A stretch of 61,405 bases of DNA, filler included, from Callorhinchus milii (Eukaryota), in NCBI RefSeq assembly GCF_018977255.1. It is 2 parts of 2 records of this genome, joined end to end, with 100 filler letters (N's around TTAATTAATTAA, not from the genome) between each part and the next. Parts side by side here need not be neighbours in the genome. Positions count along the whole stretch, not along the records: positions 30,758 to 61,405 come from NW_024705630.1; 1 more part is not named here. The stretch is one strand, 5' to 3'. Shown here piece by piece: positions 44,701 to 59,448 of this stretch. A model generated the notes under the pieces. It worked only from the letters and a program-made list of their open reading frames with translations, was not told where the DNA came from and did no database searches. How positions within the stretch are numbered: the stretch's first letter is position 1; every line of letters begins with the position of its first letter. A program made the position numbers and the translations under genes.

Positions 44701-47700
44701 ACCAAAAGGTGAGATGTGTGTATCATGATTATAATCTCCAATTCCTCGCTGCCAGGCCTTGTTGGACCCAATTCGAAACGGCGATAGTACCGTCCAAAAA
44801 CCAATGCGCCGCGCGCCACTGGCCCTACCATTAGGCGACTCGCTTGCGCTACTTCAATCGGAGGATGACGATTTTGATCAGGTGGCGAATCTGAGTTTCA
44901 AAGTTAACGAAAGTGAGCCACTGATTGCCTTCATCGATTCCATTATTATGGTCATACAAGTGTATGGGTACTCTTATGCTGTAGAATGTGAGAGTCATCA
45001 AGAGGTACTCGTCTTAGACCTCGTTGGTCGGGGAACAGCTGTTATTAGACGCGAGGATTCGTCTGCCAGGCTATTATTCTCTCTACAACGAAAGACTCGG
45101 TTTTTATCCATGTGATGTGGCTCCGTTTTTGATTTTATGCTGTTACGTCATGGATTGTGCCTCCTCCGACGTCGACTAATACATGCATACGAGCAAACCT
45201 GGCTTTCATCGACTTTGGGATCCGCTGGACCTCTCGTGTCCGAGCAAGACACCAATTCATGAGAGCTTGAAAGGGCACAGCGTGAACTGTAGACACAGTC
45301 ATATATCTAGTCGAGAGCCCTCGTCGGCCTGTTTCGTGCTAGTGACTAGATGCTAATGATAGGACCAGTCTAGCGACTTCGTGGTCTCTGAACGCAGTCC
45401 ACGTCCGAGCAACATTGATACCCCGGACTATACATCATCATTATTAATCCAATACATGAGAATAGGGGAACGGTTCTTGTTTGACACCTCGACGGTGGAG
45501 CGCGGGACGATAGGAAAAGGTCCGGGGTAGCAGACCGAAGAAATTTATTCGGCCCCCAGCATCCGGATGGTGGCGTGATGGACAATTCAATGGTAACGGC
45601 ATGGGACAGACGAGCTATATCGGACGATTCCTTTAGACTACGAACTCCATTTGTGTCATCTGAATGTTCCGAGTCATCAATGGAGGGGAGCTTATGTTAA
45701 TCTCTCGGTCGACGGGTGTGGGAACATTTGCCGAACGATAACTATGAGTTTAGAATGTTCTGTAATGCAGAACTGGCTTGGGATTTATTAGGGGTTTAAC
45801 CCCCGGGTAACCTGCCCCATAGATCGATAGCAGATAATGAGACACAGAATTGGGGAAACGTATCGATTTCTAGTCTCCAGTCTAGCGCTTGTCATCGCAT
45901 GCTCCCCAGTTGACAGCGCTAAAGAATCAATTCCGCCGGTTCCTGGTGCGCCAGTACGTACAGTGACGTTATAAGTTACGACCACTCGGTGCAACTTCTG
46001 GCGGACTTATGACGTCGTAAAGTGCGGTCGCCTTACTAGATCTGCCTTATTGATCGCGCTAGAAAACGCACCCTTCTCAATACTTTAGACTAGTCTCCTT
46101 AACAGCACCGAATCAACTTGCTGCGGGCGTCTCGTGTCTTGTGACGGTTTTATCTCCTTGCAGGAACCCTCCACGAACACGGCAACCGGTTCACCGCCAA
46201 CACTAATGCCAACAATAACGAGTACCATGATTAGTTAGGGGCGTCTACATCCATTTAACAAGATAGGCCTCCCTCTTCTTTTTTGAACCCTAGGCCATAC
46301 TAAGAGGAGCGTATGCTCTGTCGCCTATGTTGAGTAAGGCGGACGAATACTCCGGCAGTTTCTTCTGCCAGACAAGATGTATTAAGCGCGAAAAATCTCA
46401 ACGCTCGTAAACATTGACCGTGTTCGTACTGTCCACAACCTGCAAGATGTCGAAAGAGTTTATTCGTACCAGGACGACACAGCATGGTGCAGCTTCACGC
46501 CGTAAGCAGGAGTGACTACGGCGTTGAAGTCCGCAAGGTCTGTGGGAATAAACCGGTAGTTCTCGAAGAGGAACAACAGAACGGTCTGCGTTGTGAGGTA
46601 TTTCAACCTGGTACCTGCTAATGCTAGAGCTAAGCTAAATAACCTTTCTGGTGGACAATACTGAAAGATAGGAAGGATGCCGGCCACATCTGCGGCTTGC
46701 CGACGCGCCGTGTATTCTGAACTCGACCATCAAAGATTCCTTTGATTCACCCAAAAAGCGGCTCGAAGTGCAGTCAAGTCATATACTGTTGGTCTCCATT
46801 CAGATCGAATATGGGTATTATGTACACCATCCTTTTGTCGGAAGTTGACAGCTAGTGCATCGGGTAGAAGTAGCTTATCTAAGGTTAGTCGCACTCTCGA
46901 TCGTTCTCATTCACCATATCCTACTGATTCTGGGAGGCCACAGGGCTAGCAGGACACAAAGGCATCTCGTCGCAGTCCAATAGCACGGGAACGACGTTTT
47001 GAACAGTTTTCTAGACGCACTCTTGTCCAGCGCATCAGAGTCGGGAGTTTTAAACGATCAAACCCCATAGGTTGTTCGTTATAGACCTGTTGAGTCTTCG
47101 CTACCGACCACACTGCCAGCACCTGTATTTCATGTCGACCGACAGTCAGGCTTCAAATCTGTTCGACGCACTAACAATCCCTCTTACCGAGGGCCCATCC
47201 ACATCTAAGAGCCGGTGCAGGCTATGTGCGAACGCTAATACGCGCGTCAACTTCCCAGGTGGGATCCAACCCGCGTGGCAACACTTAGTGAAAGGCAAAA
47301 CCATATGTGTAGCTGAAGAACTTATACTTTAGGGAATCACATGATTATATGCTAGAAGGGGAGACTTATATCTTTCTTTAAATCTGGCGTACAGGCTCCG
47401 ACCGACATTATGATATTCCGTACAGCCGAGTCTGCTCCTGTCGGATAACCGTTCAATCTTGGAAGCACTATGTGTGTTGACGATGAGTCCACTGAGGTTC
47501 GACTGTTATCCTCTCTCGTAAGGCCACGCTAAATGCCAACGTACTTAAGATGTAGTGTCTTGGGAAATTTCGATATTGCGGCATGCCCCATCAACCGGGT
47601 GCTCGCAACACTACGTAGACGCCGGTTGTGCCGCCCACGTTCAGCCGCAGGCGTATACCTGGCCTAGACTTTGACTTAGCGGCCTCCAGCGCACGCCGGG

Positions 47701-50700
47701 TCGTTCTTTTGTGTCATGCGGGGCATGGTCATGTTAGTCGTGATCATTCTTCTTCGGGGTTTGATAATCTTATGGCTAGAGTCAGCCACGGTCTTCAGAT
47801 ACCATAATTTAGTTAAAATAATCGTCGGGATATATGGCAGGCTAAGGCGTACGGCTACACTTCGTCGCAAGGTACACTCGGAGCTTGCGATTTAAACACG
47901 GTCGTCCCTCAAATCATCATTAGTGGTCACCTCCTCGCTTAAACTAGATCCTTATGGTTCTGGCACTAAGGAGCACTTTGTATTTATCTTCTCAAGCTAT
48001 GAACAATTCCCCGACGTGGAAACACACTGGAGATAGTTACCTTCTACGAGATGAGAGTACCTTATATTCTGGGCAGGGTCAATAACCATCGGACAGCTGT
48101 CGTCGAGCGCCGCCCACTATACAGGCTAAGATCCACCGATACCCTCATCTATCGGCATCGTGTCCAACCGTGTTTACACATACAGGGGTCCACGGCTACT
48201 CTATGATAGACATGTAGAAACCTAAGGGATTTGAAAGGGTTACGCCGTTAGATAGCAGGATAGCACGCTTCGAGCCCCTTTCTTCTTTTGGTATATAGGT
48301 GCGTAAGTCCCCGAAGTAGGAAGATTCACTATCTTAGCGCGGGATGTAGTTAAGTACAAAGCTCAAGGTAAATCCAGTCCAGCTGTAGGTCGTCAAGGGA
48401 CATGACACCGAGGATCGTACATCGGCCTGCTGAGTGTCGATTGAACGATCTCGTATTCCCGCCTCCACGTTAGCCTTGCCCAAGACGAATGTGAGCCTGG
48501 TAGGCAAAACAGGTCCTAAAAGTACGGCCTCCCCTCTTGGTTGTTATTGGTCCACAAGGCCGCACTACAGGTTCGGGCATGGTTCACCATGGTTACCAAT
48601 ACGGAAGCATTTGAGTGTGCTATGAATTCTAGAAAATGCAGTCGGTCGATAAGAGGTTATTGGTGTCGATAGGATACCTGTGAGTCAGTGGTTGAGGGCG
48701 CTTTCCTGTTCCACAGCTCCAGAACGTCGGGATTTGAGACGTGGTATAGCTGCACGAGACTCTCGGCACCTACCGAAGGCACGAATCGCTAAGGTGCTTA
48801 AGGAGATCCCTACATTAGAGAACATAATGCTAGCCAAACCTTTTCCGAAGGGACAAGAGTGGTATCCAGCTATAGACTACTCTTTATAGAGGGACGACTA
48901 GAACCTTGCTGGATCCCGGGCTCTTTAGAGGTCGGCGGATCAGCAAATGTACGTTATCACCTTACCCACAGCGTGTAATTGCACACCCAGGGTCCTTGGG
49001 GGAGCTGCCTGGTCAAACGCGCCGGAGCAGGAAGCCTAGATCGAAGATGTGAAGCGGTCTTCCGATGCTTCGTTTAACACCCATCCTATATAGGTTGAGA
49101 TCTGCGAGGCGTCGTGGTCGATGAGATATGCGAAACGTACCTAATGCGCTCGCCACGGTTGAGTTATCGCAGCGTGTTCGCCTGATCGGATATCGTTTGT
49201 TATATTGTATGAATGGATTTTCTATATAGGGCAATCCCAAGCTCAATCGATGACAGCGTCCCGACCATTTGAGCGCCGGTCGCCCAGGCTCAGCTCTCAC
49301 CGAGAATGATTGTTTATATCTTTCATTTAACAACGTTGATTAAGTCGCATACTAGTACTCACACATACAAAGGCTATACTCATAGTTCCTTAGTATTGAT
49401 GCCGAGTGAGTGAACTAGACTATGGAGCGAGGTACTTATCCATCTTGAATCTCTCGTGGGATGCAACTTGGGGCTCTCGCCAACTACAGGGCGATGTTAA
49501 TTCCTTCCTGTGACCCCTAACCGCTGCATAGTGTGGCTCTTTCCCGTAAGACATAAATTGGCCGACGCCGTCGGCTGGCCTCTACACAAGAATCAGCCAG
49601 CTTACCGACGGGAAATAGCTCTGTGCCATTTAAATTGACCCGGGTACGACATATGCGCGCGTAATCGTATAAGTTCTGACGTTGAGAAGCGCTTCTTAAG
49701 GAGATGCGAGCTTATGGTTCCGCCAGCGTATATCTCATCTACCTGATAACCATCCTTTTCATAGCTAGCCAGCGGCTACAACGGGAAGTGCGACTACTTC
49801 GCGGATTAGTCAGCGAGCGGGGGCTGTATATTGTGACAACACGTGTTAGGCTGATTTAAGCCCTACTTTTGGGCCTGGTTCAGCCGAGGTGCTCTCTCAC
49901 TCTCAAACGGGTGGCGGTCATAAGATCTAGGAAGATCACCACGAGCCCGGCAGCTTCCAATAAGAAAGCAGAATAAACAGCCATTACCCACTAAGGTATT
50001 ACGTGTTTTACTTTGTCAGAGTTACGGCGATTAGAAGATACGGACGCGGATCAAAATGGCGGGATATGCTGACAACGCTATCTCTAGGCGGTGATTATGT
50101 GGTTTGGGAATACTGTGAGGGAGTGAAGCCACCGTTCTAATGCACTTATTATAGCTCAATCGTCTCCGGAACCATCGAACTGAGAGTAGACAATGTCACG
50201 CGAGCGCAACGTGTGACTGAGCACTCGGTAAGCTTAAGGCCGTGCCGTCCACCTGGTCCGCGAACTTATAGAGCTATACTGCTTGACCGGTCATTACAAG
50301 AAAATTACGATCCGGATTCCCAACTCGTAGGGTAGTGCCAAACTCAAAGGGGACTGTTTATTTAAATATCCCTTTTCCTTTGGACAGCATAGGTATTCAA
50401 AACCTTGTGGGCAGTTAAGAGCATTTTGAAAAATCAACTCTAGATTACGCGTATGAATAGATGCGTGGTTGGGCTAGACTTAGGAACACTGGCGTCGCAT
50501 AAGGACGGCCGGTCGTGCTTAGGCAACTCTCAGAAAAAAGTCACATGTTGGGCTAATTCCTAAACGCTTGAATGTATGATGCTATCCAAGGCATCATTTT
50601 GAGGAAAGGACGAATCCATACAAGCGGGATAATAACACCCGAATCCCTTTTAGAGGTCCGATGATTCGTCGAAAGTAAAGTACAACGTGCACGATTGGAT

Positions 50701-53700
50701 GCTAGACTAGGTGGCTGACTGCTCGTTCCTGCAGTCAGACTGCTCTAGGGAGGAGCCATGTCAACGCGCTCCATTCACTGCCCGAGGGAAATTGTCCTAG
50801 GTGCGTCTACGTGGGATTGGAGTCATGCTTTTACTGTCACCCTCCTCAGTAATGAGCACAATAGTAATCTACCGTCGTGTGGGCAAATAGCCCCTATAAA
50901 ATCTCTTAACATGTCAGTGGTTGACTCCGCGAAGTGCCATATGACGGCCCCCCCCCCGGTGCTCAGGCTATTTGCTGGGAGGAGGTATACCCGCAGGTAC
51001 CTGCAGACGCTAAATTTGTTTTGACCGAATGTCCCTAGGCATAACTCTATCTACACTTGGTTCGGCCACACTCTCTAGTCACATCGGGGTCGCTCACAGC
51101 ATATACTGAAGACCAACTCGGATGGGAACTGTCAGTAAGTGCTGGTGCTGGAGGTGGGGCCGATCCCACGGAGGGACTGCGGTTCTGTATTTCGCCGTCC
51201 ACGAATACATTCCTCGTTGTTCGTTCTTATGGTGTGAAAAATGAGGGTATCCAGCAGGAGACCCATATACGGTGACGTTTCCTTTCGTGCTTGGATTTGA
51301 CGTAAAGCCAACAGTTACATTCTCGGCAACGATATACTTGGCCTACGATCGCACACTGTGTGAACAGTTTAATAGCTGTGTGACCGCCGACTGACAGTAT
51401 CTGAAATCTGACTGCATTCTATAGACTTCTATGTGGGAGGCAGGTTGCGGCGCGTTACAACTTTCAGAATCGTTCCACGTCAGCATCTGGATGCGCGCTG
51501 CACGGCTGGGCGGTCAATCCGCCCCCCATACTGTGATACTAGATGGTACAGTGCTGTGTTGGAGGGTTTGGCTCTTTCGCGGACTTATTCACTATTCAAA
51601 TAATAGTGTCTGTGGTCTGACATGGGACAATTGCCAGGCAATGACTCCGGTATTGTAGGAGCTCAATACAAAAAGGATCGCTGCGTTGACCGCGTCGGTT
51701 TCAACATCGGCGGGTAAGTTAAAATTCATGTGTGATGATTACGTCTACGTTAATGGCTCATTAGGGACGCCCAAGCTTATACCAGTCATGCACTCACACC
51801 TCCGTTTTTTTGTAACACAAGGTTGATGTCGCAGGTACACCCCGATAGGATGTTTTGCCGGGTCCCCCGGAGCAACTAATAAGATGCGCACTACCTGCGC
51901 TCGTATCCGGGTGAAAAGACAGACTTCATTAGCATATCGTCACACAGCACCCACGCGCCTGCCGATTTTTGCATTTTCGTGCGCGACAGCGGCGAGATCC
52001 CAACGAGATCTTCCTCTGACCACTTTGTAACGCAAATAGGATCGTTTTCCTAGGCACCATAGGAACCTCCTATGACAGGGCGTGCCCCTCCTAATCGAAG
52101 TAAACTTTTGTATCGTAACGTTTAGGATAGGCATTTCGGGTACGTGTAGCCACGATCTCCCAATTGACAGCTGGGGAGGGCAGGACCGACACAACCTCAA
52201 AGACATCTGTACAAGTTTTCGGGAGAATGTCAAAAGTCCGGGGATATGAGATAACTGCCGAGAAGTTTACCAAGCCCTCATGCACAGCGGTCAGAAACTA
52301 TGGTAGTGTTCAAAGACCATAAGTCGTTGAAGCATGTGTCGAGAGGGCTTTGTCACTCTAGCTCCACGCGGAAGCGATTAAAAGATGGTTTACGCGTCAA
52401 GGCGACTGAGATGTAACCGACAACAACAATACTCATTCATGTGGGTTCGACGTGATCTTTGGGAACGCCACACATAATGCCAACCCGCCGCATGTGGACA
52501 AAAGCATCATATCAATCGCATCCGGTTACCCCGGTTAATCGGATAATGTGAGATAATAAGATTGAAAAGGACTTGGAGGCTAGCTCCCTACCCCACCCGC
52601 AATGGTCCTCGCCACTAACTTATGTTCCGCCTGCTCAGTAGACTGCATACCTAAGTAGAATTATAAGTCTCGTCTCATACCTCTTAAAGTGTTGTCCAGA
52701 TCAGATTAGCATGGAATACTCTTTGCACCCTTGTCACGGAACCCTTGACTAAAGCGTCTCGTATGGTCTGACACAAGCGGCAGACATGCAACACGTGCCG
52801 GTTGAGCTCGATTTCTCGCGGTGGAAGCGAAGATGACTCGAGGTTCCTTGTGTTTCTGGAAGACACGTAGCTAATAGTGCCAGACCCGGACGGAAATCAT
52901 CACACTTCGGTGGGCACTGATGGGTTAGCCTGTAATCCGAGTGCGGCCCCCCCACCGGGTCAAATTCATGAACAGTCGCCCGAACGCTAGCTGCGCGTTG
53001 GATAGTCAAACTTGTGACAAGACAATAAGAATAGCTTATGTCCCGCAGACGGAAAACGTTAGGACGCTTCAACAGGTTAGAAGGCTAAGAACTAAGATTC
53101 ATCAATGAGCTGAAATTCGCTCAGAGATATCGCCGTTTTTTTAGCGCACCACGGAAATTATGACCTAGGGAGATTAGTACAGGGGCGCAATGACTTCGAA
53201 GGCTATGATCTCCTCCACAGCGAGCAGACAGGTAATCACAACTACCAGTGCTAGGTGATCGCGTATTTTACCGGAGCAGTGTTGCCCCCAAATTTATATG
53301 CCTAAGGATGGAGACGAAACTCTGAAGGAATTGACGCCCTGCCCCCATTGTACCACGTGAAACATGCGCATCGGTCCGACAATGCTGCCCACTGAGCCCA
53401 GGTCACTTTTAGAACTCTAGCGCCGTTCCACGTGGCCCCCCAGCACCCCGCCAACTCCATGATATAAAACTAACATACATGGCACGCATCGCTACACGAA
53501 GAAGAGACCGCGATAAATGTTGAGCTGGATGGGACTGTTTTCTTTCCGATGTCCATGAGAATGAGAGCAACGTACACCGGCCCAGGAATTTCAGATGGTT
53601 CGGAGCATACTGGAAACCGGTAAGAATTGTTCACGTATCCTTGGTGGGGCCAAAGCAATCACGGGCGATCCTTCAAGAAGCCAACTCATCGAGGGGCAGG

Positions 53701-56700
53701 AGGTGAGAATAGAGATTTTCTTCACCTAAAGGCACTGGTCGACATCGCCTATTTCCCGATAGGCGCCAACGCTACTATCCAAAATGTGCCTTTCAAAGCA
53801 ATATTTAGCAGGTCACCGTTGTAGCATTCCCCGCGTTATTAGTTTGTCCAGTGATGATTAAGGCTTAGCTTAATACACTTGCACGTCAATAGGATTCGTG
53901 TCGTCGCGCAGTTTGAATCTCATAGATAGGTCTTTTGCATCAGGCAGAGCGGCTGAGCGGGCTATTAGCACAGGCCAGGTTTAACGTCCTAGGTGGAGTT
54001 TCAGGGGATAGATTGCCACGCTGTGAATTACGGGACAGGTGGGCAGTATACGTCGCGTTATGCCTGATCTTTACAATACTAGCGCCGAGATGCCTACTTC
54101 TCGGGATTCGGTTCATAATCCCTAGGTAGGTTTGTCTATTAACTCACGAAAAGATGTAGCGCCATTTACCACTTACCGGACACTCGTTACCGTAAGCTCC
54201 ACGTAGAATACTCTATCAGTTATAGTGATTCATATGAGAAGTCGATACAGGTTCACTCTCCGGGAGCTGCTGGAGTAGCTAGACTCCGCGCGATGAAACT
54301 GAGGTCTTGGCAGATTCAGTAACACGTGCAAAAGCCGCCTCTAGCCTAGATCGTGTCACTATGAGAGAAGCATGTGTAGGTCTATCGCCTGCTAATAGTG
54401 AGGATGACAGAGCTGGTCGCCTAAAAAATGAACTGCGTATGACCAAACAATCGTAAGCTAGAGGAGGGATGGACGATTCCGGGATGAAATACGGCTTAAC
54501 GACGATCATCGAGCGTGACACTTTAGCAACCCCTGGGTTACTACAGCGCTTATGCAACTGGTATCCAGGTGAACGACGACTGACGAGTTGCCTCTTTAAA
54601 AAAAACATCTCAGAAGATCACAGACTAAACTGTGCTCCACCTTAAATATTGGTATTATTTGTATGTTCTATCAAATAAATCTTTTGGGTCTGGCTTCAGT
54701 GCCCCAGTGCGCAAACTAGCCATAACCTGGCATCCGTCTAATAATTGCCACAATCGTTCTTAACGAAAACCGCGGGGTCTCGTATGCGGTTCGCATCTTC
54801 GGGACGTGGCGCTAAAATAGTGCCTCGTTCCAACGTACTAGTGTATTTCAGTATCATTGGTATTTGAGGCCGCGGCCCTCCGTAATGCTAAGCCGTCATA
54901 GGGGGTAGCGGCTTGTGAATCAGATTCGTTTGGCTTAACGGTTCTTCGGTGTCTTGCATTCCATTAAATAACCTACGTCTCGCAGTTGAGCTATGAGTGC
55001 ATAGAGCTTTAGGGCGCAGAAACACTTTATTTCGTCTACGCGGATTATGAACATAGAGGGGGCAAGGATCAATAATATCTCACTGAGGCTAGTCCCGTGC
55101 ACTGTGATATAGGGGTATGGCAGGAGGTGGAAAAATCGCGCGGCTATCACGTATCTAATATGCGTAGTAAAGAAATGGATAGCCCATATTCGCAACTATA
55201 AGGGGTCCACTTATTACTGTGTCGATATCCGGGCGGTTTCGTTCCCCGTAGGGGGAGGATAATGTAGGCGTAAGCCGCCCATCTCACCCCGATTTAGACC
55301 TATAGGGATAAAGTCCATTCACCTAGAGAGTATGCGCCACCAGTTCGACTGGATTGGAATTAGCAGCGGGAGTTGATCGCAGTCTCCACAGGATAACGTT
55401 GCTGCAAACGTATTTTACTCCCCCCATTAATATGCGCGCTTGACTTATGCCGAAAATATGCCTTAAGCGCTCGGTCATTTTTTAATAGAAGTCAATGGGC
55501 TTAACAATCATCCATGGTACAACCTTGTATTTAGGTGCGGAGAAGTCCGAATCAGAGAACGCAACCCCCTACGGTTCAGTGGTTGGTAATTATTATGTGA
55601 AGGTATTGACGACAAAAATGTAAACAAGAAGGTTTGCCTATAAGTATCCTGTCGCAGGTATTCTTCAAGTGTGCAGGTCAATGCGCTGGTCGGAGTTCAT
55701 TCATAATGGATGAAATCATATACTACGCTCGGTAATATAGTGCTTATCGCGCCCACGAAGCAAATATTTCGCGCACGTGTTTTGGAGACCTGCGTTCGTC
55801 CTTCCGACTATTGCTCTACTTGAGACATAAGTCGCGTACTGTAACGGCTGGCACGGGTGAAGGTCGCGATATACTGCGAACTTGCAGCCAGTGCCTCGAT
55901 GCACAACAGTCGTGATTGTCAGTTCCGGCGTTCGGCGTGATCTGCGGCTCTTCGTTGACCCGAAGGCACCAGCAACGAAAGACTGGAACATGACCACCGC
56001 GGTCCCACAGGCCACTAAGAACGAGTAGCTCAAATAATAAGTTTCAGGAGGACAACTAAACGTTGAGTTAGCCCGAAAAAGTAAATACTTTGAACTACGG
56101 TTAACCTACAGGACACTCGGAAATTTAATACGAACCAGAGTAGCCATTTGCGACCAGGGACCGATCTGATGGCCGGTAGTATTCACCTGAGAGGCGGTAT
56201 TCCATGGAAGCCTAACAAATCTAATAGACACAAAAGCGTCATATCCGTCCTCTGGACTGATATGTGGCAAGTGTGCCTGTAAGTGGTGTCTTTCAGATCT
56301 TCGCCCGCCAGCGATCGCTATTTAGTGACCTTTAGAGTACCGAGTAACAGTGTATCACGAAACGGGTTAGTACGCGCGCGCCGTCAATCCATTAGGCAAA
56401 TAGCGGCAGTAGTGGATATAGGTAATTTTGACAGTAAGCAGCCCCGCGGGGTGGGCGCGAGGCGTCCGAGCCCTAACCACGGTGGGAAGGGGTAAATGCC
56501 AAACCCTAAAGTTCTAGAAACCATCTGAGCCTGAGTTGTAGCCAGCATGTTACAACAAGTATGGGTAAATCATCAGTTTGGCTCTCGGTCCGGCTTTCTT
56601 GAGAAGCACCGGACCGTCACGGCATCATGGAGTGCGTTATAAGGTTTCCTAGGGTCTTTCTGAACTGATACGTTTTAGGTGCCGCCACTTTGCCGGCGTT

Positions 56701-56820
56701 ACTAAACATGTAGTTCTGATCCCGCCTAAGATGCTAAAGAATTTTCTAGAGTCTTCATTTAGCAGATAGCACCAGCGTAGTGTTTGGGTTTCAGCACTCT
56801 TTTTTGTGGGTAGGGCTACC
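38793..56820. other. Featureless, random-looking ~18-kb block, probably synthetic or shuffled (right boundary approximate)
   Basis: No microsatellites, SINEs, TE fragments or recognisable exons seen; even base usage; longest listed ORF is 146 aa with no motif. Confidence 0.75.
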
Positions 56821-56829
56821 ATGTATTGA

Positions 56830-56985
56830 TTCTCAGGTTTTTCCCTCCACATTTGGAAACGTGCGTTTAGAGTATTTGGCCGATATAAGTTTCCACCTGA
56901 TAAGCCAGGTAGTCTCGCGCTATCATTTGTGGCTGGGTCACTTCTAAAATAGAGCGATATCGCTCAGTGGGCCTTACCTGGTAAA
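56830..56985 (+). mobile_element. SINE 3' part homologous to ~60720-60875
   Basis: Shared CCACATTT(G/A)GAAAC(G/A)TGCGTTTAGAGTATTT...GCTATCATTTGTGGC...CCTTACCTGGTAAA. Confidence 0.75.
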
Positions 56986-58086
56986 CCATTTCAAATAGTT
57001 TAGTATTGCAATGTAGGCCAAATCACATCCTCACCCTCCCCCCAAGCCGTTTGACGACTGTGCTACAAACACGCAATTCTGGGAAGCTACAATGATTAAA
57101 ATCTGACTTGTGCATTTATTGCTGTAACCAGATACTTTCATTCCCAATGCAGCCTTCCATCGACGCATGGATCTGGCTCGTACTGGTGTTCACCCACATC
57201 ACCAATGTACAAAGTGCAAAGGCATGCACGCGCACGGTTTCGCAACACTCTTGCGTTACACTTGCCATCTATTTTGTGGAAGTGATAAAGTTTGTGCTTT
57301 AGTGAAGTCGTAAAATCAATATATTTTATCGTCATTTCGTTACTCTCCATAAGCGAATGATTATTTCGTGTTGTATATTATATGGTTTTTACTCGAACCA
57401 GGACCCATATCTAACAGAGCCAGGTCTTTGTCTGTAAACGTCTGGCAGTTCGCCAGCATTGGCTCAAGCGAGCCCGACTGTTGGCGTGACACTGAATGTC
57501 GAAACCTGTCGAGCGTTTCCTTGTGATCAACCAATGCTGCTGAAAGAGCGAACTCCCAGAAGGACGTGTGGCCGATGGGGTGTAACCAATCATTGCATTT
57601 ACTTGCGTGGAGAGGAAAACATGGGAAGGAGGCGAATTAATGATTTATTTTGAGAGCAGAGAAAGATCTTGGCGAGTCTGCCGGGTGAACGATACAAACA
57701 ATGGAGATGCAATTGGCCTAATGTCCCGATATTGAACAACGACCCAAAACATTCCTGAATCGGAATTACACACGCAGCAAGATCGTCTCCGACCCAAAAA
57801 GAAACTTGGCAAGACCCTCCATGATAAAGTGTCTTTAGAGTCTTCAGTGACAATAAAAAAAGAACCATCACGGGTCTAGTGCCCCCTCGGATGCCCGGTC
57901 TAATGCTTTACTCGTTGAGCAGGGCTCTGCTTTTGGTTCTTAACTCTCGGACCGCGGTGTTCCAACACAAGAGGGATGAGGGATCATGCCGAAACAGTCC
58001 CTGACCCGCATTTTATGGGTAAACAAGTTTAACGACCGCGCAGTAATGGCGCAGACGACTCTGGCGAGTGAGGAGTGCGGGCGCAC

Positions 58087-58189
58087 CCTGCAGGCAGGGG
58101 CCCAGGATGGACACGTTGCAGGTGTTGGGCAATCGGTCGGAGCCCGAGAAGTGGCCGTTAAAGTGCAGGCGCTCGGTCCCAAATGCCGC
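58087..58189 (-). CDS. SCLY: Selenocysteine lyase exon (AAFGTERLHFNGHFSGSDRLPNTCNVSILGPCLQ)
   Basis: RLPNT motif of NifS-like enzymes; CAG acceptor, GT donor, 103 bp. Confidence 0.9.
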
Positions 58190-58331
58190 CTGCGGCAGAC
58201 ACGGACACACGGACACACATGCCGAGCAGAACGCAGCTGTGAGCCCGAGAAAATCCCAGCCGACTCCAGCTGACCCTCTGCTCCTCGAGGGTCGGTCTCC
58301 ATCCTGTTGTGCGTCACGTGGCACACCTCAC

Positions 58332-58415
58332 CAGCAGCAGTTCCTCCAGGTAGTCTCGCATCTGCCGCATGTGCCTCTCGTACTCGTCCAGGTGCTGACA
58401 CACCAACTCCGCGGC
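58332..58415 (-). CDS. SCLY: Selenocysteine lyase exon (AAELVCQHLDEYERHMRQMRDYLEELLL)
   Basis: 84 bp; CAG and GTGAG boundaries; in frame with its neighbours. Confidence 0.9.
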
Positions 58416-58954
58416 CTGCCCGCCCCACAGCGGTGCGGCGGAGGAAACACGAGGCCCCCACACACTCAGCCGCGTCGACAAGCAACACCGCTTCCCTCCA
58501 ACACCCCACGTGGCTTGGGCCAATAAACCATTCACATTATTGTCATCATCATCGTGCGCTCAACGTTATCGGATGATGCCCGAATATTATTAGATCTATT
58601 TACCCATGAAAGCTTCACTCAAGAGTCTCAAGACTCTTTTCAGGAGGGTCCTGCCAAGAGTTTGAAGTAGGGGGCGATGTTGCCGCATGTAATTCCAACC
58701 GATCAATTAAGCAGGTCATTTTTCAGTGTTCAAATGTTGACGAATACGTTACATTGTAAGGATTTTAAACTCTGTGAGGATACCTGAAAGCTATTAGTAC
58801 ATTGCAAACACCTGCAGATGAGATAAGGTGTTTGATTCGAGGGATGGCTGTGGGGTGCGAGAGATAATTAAAATGTCTCTAGACGGTGAAACCTGCATGG
58901 ATCTATGTTTGGTTAAACATCTCGTGGCCACGACCACAGCACCGCAGCACTCAC

Positions 58955-58991
58955 CTTGCCCAGGCCAGCAATCATGGGGGTATTTTCAGTC
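58955..58991 (-). CDS. SCLY: Selenocysteine lyase micro-exon (TENTPMIAGLGK)
   Basis: 37 bp; completes the RPGTEN motif across a phase-2 intron; CAG and GTGAGT boundaries. Confidence 0.92.
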
Positions 58992-59341
58992 CTGGCAACA
59001 GACAAACGGCCTGCGTCATTCCCTTCGTGCCTTCCTGTCAAGCAGCCAGACATTCCGTGGGTTGCTTTGCTCACGGTGGGGGGTGGGGGGTGGGGGACAG
59101 GGCTGGGGACAGGCAGCACGCGGGACCACACAGAATGTCGCCAGCCAACCACATTTCCCAACTCTATGAATTGTCGCTCTAAGCGACAAAATGCCCACGC
59201 ATTCAGTTCCCTTGAGCCGGCGGTCTGGATAAGGCTGAGAGCTTCGGTACGCAAATCTTTGCGCTTTCGGGACCCCGCGCTCGTGTTTCTGTCGTTTACC
59301 GATTTCAACGAGAGAAACGTCGCCGGGGTGTCGGTCCTCAC

Positions 59342-59448
59342 CCCGGACGAAAGTTGCGCTCCTGGCCGCCCCCAAAGAGCATGGGGACGAGCGGGGTGCC
59401 GGCGCCCAGGTCCCGCACGCACAGCGCTCCCACGCGCGGCCCGTAGAA
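59342..59448 (-). CDS. SCLY: Selenocysteine lyase exon ([35 protein letters not shown])
   Basis: 107 bp; FYGP and GGGQE motifs; CAG and GTGAG boundaries. Confidence 0.93.

Noticed and set aside
38991..56852. Short ORFs of 60-146 aa in the featureless block as a novel gene cluster or viral insert
   Set aside because: No motifs, operon-like packing or strand bias; the lengths look like chance ORFs in random sequence.
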